Positions 27,260 to 33,415 of a stretch of DNA of 33,415 nt are shown here, in pieces; position 1 is the stretch's first letter; every line of letters starts with the position of its first letter. The stretch is from Candidatus Infernicultor aquiphilus. Its GTDB lineage: Bacteria; Atribacterota; Phoenicimicrobiia; Phoenicimicrobiales; Phoenicimicrobiaceae. The stretch covers positions 1 to 33,415 of the forward strand of contig MNYY01000107.1 of assembly GCA_001873345.1 (NCBI GenBank). The letters run 5' to 3'. Under the pieces are notes generated by a model. It did no database searches. It was not told the DNA's origin and saw only the letters and a list, made by a program, of their open reading frames with translations. The position numbers and the translations under genes were made by a program.

Positions 27260-28381
27260 ATGAAATACAAGAGGGTCCGGGAAATATTAACCGGCCTTAT
27301 TCCTATAGCGGCGTTTCTCCTTGCCCTGTTAATGGGGACAATGATGATTGCTATTCTCGGAATAAATCCCTGGGTTGCCTACCAGGCCCTGTACAACGGT
27401 GCGTTTGGGAGTATAAATGCTATAGCAGACACCATAGTCAAGGCAACTCCTTTGCTTTTCGTAGGGTTGGGAATTTGTATTGCCTTTCGTGCTGGGGTAT
27501 TAAACATTGGCGGGGAAGGTCAGCTGGTAGTTGGAGCTCTCTCCGCCACTATAATTTGTCTTACCTTTCCAGATTTAGCCGGTTGGATACTGATTATTAT
27601 TGCTTTGTTGGTTGGACTCTTAAGTGGAGCGATATGGGGAGGAATTGCTGGATTTCTTAAAGCTTATTTTAATGTAAACGAGATCCTGAGCACCATAATG
27701 CTGAATTATATTGCGGTTTATGGGATGAATTATCTTCTTCGTGGACCGATAATGGACCCTCTCCAGGTAAAACTTGGCTCCTTTATTCCTCAGACTGCCC
27801 GTTTACCTCAAGCAGTTGACCTTCCTCGCCTTATTCCTACTCGTCTTAATCTGGGAATCATAATTGCCATTTTTTTTGCTATTCTGGTTTATATTTTTCT
27901 CTGGCGGACCACCATTGGCTTCCGTATCCGAATGATAGGGCAAAATATACCAGCCTCACGAGCGTCTGGAATTAATGTACCGAAGTATATGGTCCTTGCT
28001 TTTTTCTTAAGTGGAGCTTTAGTGGGATTAGGTGGAGCAATTGAAGTGCTGGGGGTCCATCACCGGATGTTCACCGATGGTTCCGCATCTGGTTTTACTG
28101 GTAGTGCGGGCTTTAATGGGATTGTGGCTGCTTTGTTTGGCCAACTTCATCCCCTGGGAACAATTCCAGCTTCCTTATTATTAGGAGCACTTCTTACCGG
28201 AGCAAATAAAATGCAAAGAGTAGTGCAAATACCTTCTGCATTGATTGGTGCTTTAAACGGTCTGATTGTACTCTTCGTAGTAGGAAGTGAATATCTACGC
28301 CGTAGTCAGGCTCGGCGGGTGGAACTGATTACCGAAGTGGGATATAATTCTAAGCATAAAAGTAAAAAGGAGGATGAATAA
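27260..28381 (+). CDS. ABC transporter permease (nucleoside/BMP-type)
   Basis: LNIGGEGQ, VNEILSTIMLNYIA, G.N..AS..SGI. Confidence 0.9.
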   Translation: MKYKRVREILTGLIPIAAFLLALLMGTMMIAILGINPWVAYQALYNGAFGSINAIADTIVKATPLLFVGLGICIAFRAGVLNIGGEGQLVVGALSATIICLTFPDLAGWILIIIALLVGLLSGAIWGGIAGFLKAYFNVNEILSTIMLNYIAVYGMNYLLRGPIMDPLQVKLGSFIPQTARLPQAVDLPRLIPTRLNLGIIIAIFFAILVYIFLWRTTIGFRIRMIGQNIPASRASGINVPKYMVLAFFLSGALVGLGGAIEVLGVHHRMFTDGSASGFTGSAGFNGIVAALFGQLHPLGTIPASLLLGALLTGANKMQRVVQIPSALIGALNGLIVLFVVGSEYLRRSQARRVELITEVGYNSKHKSKKEDE

Positions 28382-29301
28382 TGGAAGCGATTATTATTGG
28401 GATTACAAAATCTGCAATTCGTCTGGCCACACCATATCTCTACGCTTCCATTGGAGAAACACTCGGGCAGTTGAGTGGGGTCCTTAATCTTGGGGTAGAT
28501 GGGGTGATGCTTATGGGAGCCTTTAGTGCCTTCTATACGGTTCTTAAGACTGGAAATCTTGGACTGGGCTTGTTAGTTGCCATAGTAGTCGGAGCAATAT
28601 TTGGTCTTCTGATTGCTTTTGTTAATGTTACCTTAAAAGCTGAACAAGGGATTAGTGGAATTGGGTTTTATATATTCGGTCAAGGGCTAAGTAGTGTCTT
28701 ATTTAGTGTGATGATAGGATCAGTACATACGGTTAATGGTTTCCCTCCCCTTCCTATCCCTTGGTTTTCTGATCTCCCGCTGGTGGGTGAAATCTTATTT
28801 CAGCAAAATATCCTGGTATACGGTGCCTTTGCCTTGATTCCTCTATCCTGGTTTTTGTTGACTAAGACTCCTTTAGGGCTTAATATTCGAGCGGTAGGAC
28901 AAAACCCCCAGGCTGCCGACTCATTGGGGGTTAATATTGTGCGTATTCGCTATTTCACGGTAATAGCAGGTGGAATACTGTCTGGGATTGCCGGAGCGTC
29001 TCTCTCTATTGCTCTACTCAATGTATTTCAGCAAAATTTGACTAATGGAATGGGGTTTATTGCTGTAGCACTGGTATATTTTGGAGCTTGGCGTCCTCTA
29101 AGTGTTCTTAATGGTGCACTGCTATTCAGCACTGTAAATGCTATTCAGATCTGGGTTCAGGTAAAAGGTATTAATATTCCCCCTGATTTTACCTTGATGA
29201 TGCCTTATCTGGTTACTATCGTGGTGCTTACCGCAATGGCTAAACGTCGTGTACGCCCCCCTGCTGCATTAAATAAGCCTTTCCAGCGTGGAGAGGAATA
29301 G
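28381..29301 (+). CDS. ABC transporter permease (nucleoside/BMP-type)
   Basis: SGVLNLGVDG.ML.GA, RAVGQNPQAADSLG, GFIAVALV.FG.W.P, P.AL..PF.R. Confidence 0.9.
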   Translation: MEAIIIGITKSAIRLATPYLYASIGETLGQLSGVLNLGVDGVMLMGAFSAFYTVLKTGNLGLGLLVAIVVGAIFGLLIAFVNVTLKAEQGISGIGFYIFGQGLSSVLFSVMIGSVHTVNGFPPLPIPWFSDLPLVGEILFQQNILVYGAFALIPLSWFLLTKTPLGLNIRAVGQNPQAADSLGVNIVRIRYFTVIAGGILSGIAGASLSIALLNVFQQNLTNGMGFIAVALVYFGAWRPLSVLNGALLFSTVNAIQIWVQVKGINIPPDFTLMMPYLVTIVVLTAMAKRRVRPPAALNKPFQRGEE

Positions 29302-29397
29302 AAAGAGGAGGTGATTAATAATAAGATAAAGTACTGAAAATAATAAAAGGTTTTCTATATTCAAAATTTTAATATTAAAAAATAGGAGGAATAAAAA

Positions 29398-30366
29398 ATG
29401 AAACGGAATAAAATAATAATAATACTTACTATAATAAGTATTTTTGTCTTATCTCTTGGTATCGGAGCAAGTGCGGAAGCCTTCCGGGTAGCCTTAATTA
29501 TGCCCAGTACGATTAATGATTTTGCCTGGAGTCAAAGTATGTATGATGCCCTGCTTACGATTCAAAATGAGATGGGTAAGGAGAATTTTCAGTTTGTCTA
29601 TTCAGAGAATATGTTTGTAGTAGCAGATGCTGCGGCTGCTATTCGAGATTATGCCAGTGAGGGTTATAATTTGGTAATTGCTCATGGTTCGCAGTATGGA
29701 GCCTCTTTAGCAGATATTGCTCCTGATTTCCCCAAGACGAGTTTTGCCTGGGGGTCAACTGCTAATGTTTTTGCTGATCAGGGTATTACTAATATATTTG
29801 CCTATGAACCTTACTCTGAGGAAGGGGGCTATGTTAATGGTGTCCTGGCCGCAAAGCTTTCCAAGAAGGATATCTTTGGAGTAATTGGTCCGATTGAGAC
29901 TGGTGATGCCAAACGTTATACCGAAGGATTCAAAGCTGGTATACAAGCAGTAAAGCCAAATGCTCAAGTAAACGTAACCTGGATTGGTTCTTATAGTGAT
30001 GTTGCCCTTGCTTCCGAAGCAGCACAAACTCATATTAATGCTGGAGCAGATGTTCTTACTGGCACAGCGCAGATGACCGTAGGAGCAATTGGAGTAGCGC
30101 GTCAGAGAGGGGCTCTCTGGTTTGGATATGATGTGGACCAATCTGCCCTGGCCCCTAAAAATGTGATCTGTAGTGTAGATGTTGACTGGGTAGTTGCCCT
30201 TAAGCCAATGATTGACCTGATTAAAAAAGGAGAGAGGGGAGGTAAAATCTTTACTCTTAACTTAGCTAATGGTGGTCTCAAAATGGTTGTAAATCCAGAA
30301 GCACTGGTAGGCCAAACCATCGAGGATATAGTTAAAGGAAATATTCAGGTCAAGGTAGAGAAGTAA
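29398..30366 (+). CDS. BMP family ABC substrate-binding protein
   Basis: I.D.AWSQ, YASEGYNLVIAHG.QY, GY..G.LA, GADV, GYDVDQ; signal peptide without Cys. Confidence 0.88.
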   Translation: MKRNKIIIILTIISIFVLSLGIGASAEAFRVALIMPSTINDFAWSQSMYDALLTIQNEMGKENFQFVYSENMFVVADAAAAIRDYASEGYNLVIAHGSQYGASLADIAPDFPKTSFAWGSTANVFADQGITNIFAYEPYSEEGGYVNGVLAAKLSKKDIFGVIGPIETGDAKRYTEGFKAGIQAVKPNAQVNVTWIGSYSDVALASEAAQTHINAGADVLTGTAQMTVGAIGVARQRGALWFGYDVDQSALAPKNVICSVDVDWVVALKPMIDLIKKGERGGKIFTLNLANGGLKMVVNPEALVGQTIEDIVKGNIQVKVEK

Positions 30367-30411
30367 AGATAGATTCAGAGTGCCCTACAGAGCTCTGGTC
30401 TTCATTTAGAT

Positions 30412-31971
30412 ATGATAAAAAATAGTTCTAAAATAATTAATTTGATCAAGGTCGAAACAGTAGAGATGAGAGGAATAGTGAAGCAGTTCCCAGGTGTCCT
30501 GGCCAATGACCACATTAACTTTGATGTCCATGTAGGGGAAGTTCATACTCTCCTGGGTGAAAATGGAGCTGGGAAAAGTACTCTAATGAAAATTCTTTAT
30601 GGTATATATCACCAGGATGAAGGTGAAATTTACGTTAATGGAAAATTGGTTAATATACGTTCTCCGCTGGATGCAATTCGACTGGGGATTGGAATGGTCC
30701 ACCAGCATTTTATGCTGGTCCCTACTCTTACGGTAGCAGAAAATGTAGCCTTAGGACTTCCTTCCTCACGAAAGTTTCTTCTTGATCTGGATATGGTCAC
30801 TGAGCGTATTAAAGAGCTAGTCAAAATAAATGGTCTCTATGTTGATCCAGAGGCAAAAGTATGGCAACTCTCTGTAGGAGAGCAACAACGAGTGGAAATA
30901 TTGAAAGTCTTATATCGCGGAGCTTCTCTCCTTATCTTGGATGAACCGACTGCTGTTCTTACTCCGCAGGAGGTGGAAGAACTCTTCCACGTCTTGCGGA
31001 GTATGATAAAGAGGGGATATACTATTATTTTTATCAGTCATAAACTTCGTGAAGTTCTATCTTTAAGTAATCGTATAACCATACTGCGTGATGGTAAGGT
31101 AGTAAAGACTCTTCCTGCTGTGGAAGCAACTCAAGAGAAACTTGCCCGCCTTATGGTGGGGAGAGAAGTTCTTTTGCAAGTTGAACATCCTGCAGTAAAA
31201 CTTGGGAAAGTAGCTCTTGCTTTAGAAGGAATTTGGGTTCAAGGAGATGAAGGACTTCATGCCCTGCGGGGAATTGATTTGGAAGTGCACTCTGGTGAAA
31301 TTCTTGGCATTGCCGGGGTTTCCGGAAATGGTCAAAGTGAACTGGCAGAAGTTATCGCTGGTCTACGAAAACCTACCCAGGGGAAAGTATTTATAAAAGG
31401 AATTAATGTTACTAATTGGTCGCCTTCCCAGCTTCTTGATTATGGTCTTTCTTATATTCCCGAAGAACGGATGCGGGACGGTGTAGTTCAGGAATTTAAT
31501 ATAGAAGAAAATCTGATTCTTAAAGATCATATCCACCCGCCTTATGCTAAGGGAATATTTATGAATTTCCATAAAATCGGTCAGGAAAGCGAACGTCTAA
31601 TCAAGAATTTTGATATCAGGACTCCTTCTCGCTATACTTCTTTAAAAAGCCTTTCCGGTGGAAATATTCAAAAACTAATCTTAGCGCGAGAACTCTCTCG
31701 AAAACCCAGTGTTCTAGTAGCTGCTCAACCAACCCGCGGATTAGACATTAGTGCTACAGAATATGTTCATCGGCAATTGATTGAACAAAGGATAAAATTA
31801 AAAACCGCAACACTTCTTATTTCTGACGACCTGGATGAAATTTTATCACTTGCTGATCGGATTGCAGTTATTTACGAGGGTGAGATTATGGGAGTAGTAA
31901 AGCGAAATGAAGTTAGTGTTGAGGAATTGGGTATGATGATGGGAGGGGTACATAAAGATAATATCCCCTGA
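30412..31971 (+). CDS. ABC transporter ATP-binding protein (duplicated NBD, CUT2 type)
   Basis: GENGAGKST, LSVGEQQRVE, LILDEPT, LSGGNIQK, QPTRGLD. Confidence 0.93.
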   Translation: MIKNSSKIINLIKVETVEMRGIVKQFPGVLANDHINFDVHVGEVHTLLGENGAGKSTLMKILYGIYHQDEGEIYVNGKLVNIRSPLDAIRLGIGMVHQHFMLVPTLTVAENVALGLPSSRKFLLDLDMVTERIKELVKINGLYVDPEAKVWQLSVGEQQRVEILKVLYRGASLLILDEPTAVLTPQEVEELFHVLRSMIKRGYTIIFISHKLREVLSLSNRITILRDGKVVKTLPAVEATQEKLARLMVGREVLLQVEHPAVKLGKVALALEGIWVQGDEGLHALRGIDLEVHSGEILGIAGVSGNGQSELAEVIAGLRKPTQGKVFIKGINVTNWSPSQLLDYGLSYIPEERMRDGVVQEFNIEENLILKDHIHPPYAKGIFMNFHKIGQESERLIKNFDIRTPSRYTSLKSLSGGNIQKLILARELSRKPSVLVAAQPTRGLDISATEYVHRQLIEQRIKLKTATLLISDDLDEILSLADRIAVIYEGEIMGVVKRNEVSVEELGMMMGGVHKDNIP

Positions 31972-32170
31972 TATTTTCCGGATACAAGATCCACTTTTTC
32001 GGAAACGGTCTATTGACCAAATACCGGAAGGTGCGGAATTACCCTATACCATTTTAGATTTATAATCTAAGATAAATTAGTATATAATAGATAAAGCGAT
32101 GGTAATAATTTAGAAGAGAAGAAAAAGTATAAAATTAAATAAAAAATAAAAAGAGAAGGAGGGGGTAAAA

Positions 32171-32407
32171 ATGCCTCATGTAATTATTAAAATGTATGCT
32201 GGTAGAACCGAAGAGCAAAAGAAAAAACTGGTCAAAGCTATTACCGATTCTATCGTGAAAATAGTCGATGCTGATAAAAAATATGTCTCTATTGCTATTG
32301 AAGATGTAAGTCCGGAAGACTGGGCGGAAAAGGTATATCGTCCGGATATATTAGAGAAGCAAAACACACTTTATAAGAAACCAGGATATAATCCGTTTTG
32401 TGAATAA
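32171..32407 (+). CDS. 4-oxalocrotonate tautomerase family protein
   Basis: N-terminal Pro, PHV.IK...GRTEEQK, VS.AIE.V...DW...VY. Confidence 0.9.
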   Translation: MPHVIIKMYAGRTEEQKKKLVKAITDSIVKIVDADKKYVSIAIEDVSPEDWAEKVYRPDILEKQNTLYKKPGYNPFCE

Positions 32408-32558
32408 TAAGACTGTTCTATTTATATATCTTATATAAATAGTATGATAAGGGATTAAAGTAAGGGACAGTTAACCAGCTCAAGGTAGTATTTTTATGGA
32501 GAGAAGAGATAGAAGGCTGGAAAGAGCCAAAGGAAGGTTTTTTTTAAAGGAGGTTAAT

Positions 32559-32903
32559 ATGTTTTGGGCCTTAGTAGTAGGAATTATTTCTATGGCGGTA
32601 TTAGGTTCTATTCCTTTGTTTGGTCCACTTTTGGCTGGTTTTATCGCCGGATTGATCGTTAGAGGAACAGGGAATGGAGCCTTAGCTGGTTTTTTAAGTG
32701 GGAGTATCGGAGGAATTTTAGCTATGTTTATCCTTACTAGTTTAGGTGGGGTAGTCGGCAGTGTCACTGGCGGATTACTGGGAGGGGTATTAGGTGGAAT
32801 GTTTGGGGCCATATTAGGAGGAGGGATTTTTATAGCTACCCTTTATTTCGGTTTATTGGGACTAATCGGGGGAGCTCTGGGAGGTTTGGCCCGACCTAGA
32901 TAG
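32559..32903 (+). CDS. Gly-rich small membrane protein (DUF5518-like)
   Basis: AAGGAGG SD before ATG 32559; IP..GPLLAGFIAG and GALAGFLSG motifs. Confidence 0.7.
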   Translation: MFWALVVGIISMAVLGSIPLFGPLLAGFIAGLIVRGTGNGALAGFLSGSIGGILAMFILTSLGGVVGSVTGGLLGGVLGGMFGAILGGGIFIATLYFGLLGLIGGALGGLARPR

Positions 32904-33010
32904 GGAATATAGGTCTGAAGGAAATCTTGAAAATAAATTAGGTAAATTGGAATTAATAACTGAAAAATAGTAGTTTCTTCAATGCGAATTTTTATCTTCC
33001 ATCTTTCGAG

Positions 33011-33142
33011 GGAAACTGTTGTGGGAATCCATTAGCCTATAGTGAAGTTAGAGAAGGGGAGACTGTACTTGATCTGGGTATGGGTGCAGGGCTTGATTTT
33101 TTGATTGCTTCCCGCAAGGTAGGTCCTTTAAATACCTCTTTA
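33011..33142 (+). pseudogene. Fragment of an ArsM-like SAM methyltransferase
   Basis: CGNPLAYSEVREGETVLDLGMGAGLD..IASRKVGP, then stop. Confidence 0.75.
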
Positions 33143-33205
33143 AATTTTATCAAACCTATCTTAAACTGTTTTTTGGTATATGTTTCATAAAGTATTATAA
33201 ATTAT

Positions 33206-33412
33206 TGTTAGTTAAAAGTTAAAAGTGGACTATTTAAAAGTTAAAACTGGACTAAATTAAACTCAATATTTCTCTTAGTTACACTTTAAAAGTGAGCCAC
33301 CTTTAAAGATTAAAAATATACTATTTTTTTCTCTATAGCTGTAAATAAATTATTAATTAAAACTTAAACCTGGACTAAATTAAGGTCTGTATTTTTAACT
33401 TTTTGACTACCT
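33206..33412. mobile_element. Possible IS21-like end or MITE with multiple ~21-nt repeats
   Basis: Starts TGTTAG; TTAAAAGTTAAAA(G/C)TGGACTA at 33212 and 33234, variants at 33279 and 33357, partial inverted copy at 33391-33409. Confidence 0.45.
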
Positions 33413-33415
33413 AAA

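Noticed and set aside
32496-32558. Arg-rich N-terminal extension of the last CDS
   Set aside because: The strong SD supports ATG 32559 instead.

Overview
AT-rich bacterial chromosomal window from a probable anaerobe. The gene content is reminiscent of Atribacterota/JS1-type genomes, but this is an impression and not tested. It carries mostly + strand metabolic and membrane genes: a PEGA-domain protein, lpdA, a hemolysin-III family gene, tldD-pmbA, a BtrH-like gene, an MBL hydrolase, a TM0106-type RecB nuclease, LysE, panE, a B12 radical SAM, trpB2, TspO-like, MscS, LapA, an HpcH aldolase, an RRM protein, lspA, a BMP/nucleoside ABC transporter and a tautomerase. Elements missing from the ORF track are: (1) a HUH/Y1 RAYT-type transposase bracketed by inverted non-GTAG palindromic REPs, with an 'empty' doublet of the same REP 8 kb away and an unrelated GTAG REP doublet; (2) a Trp T-box leader with one specifier stem but two antiterminator/terminator modules, followed by a strongly SD-led 9-aa uORF (MFILRNWPP-stop) upstream of trpB2; (3) a stand-alone 53-aa Arg-rich microprotein with a YxGPERR motif, a candidate c-di-GMP binder; (4) a 25-aa KDKG-repeat microprotein; (5) about nine decayed genes; and (6) a possible IS21-like end at the right edge. 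No rRNA, tRNA or CRISPR array was seen. Family calls come from motif recognition only; no searches were run.
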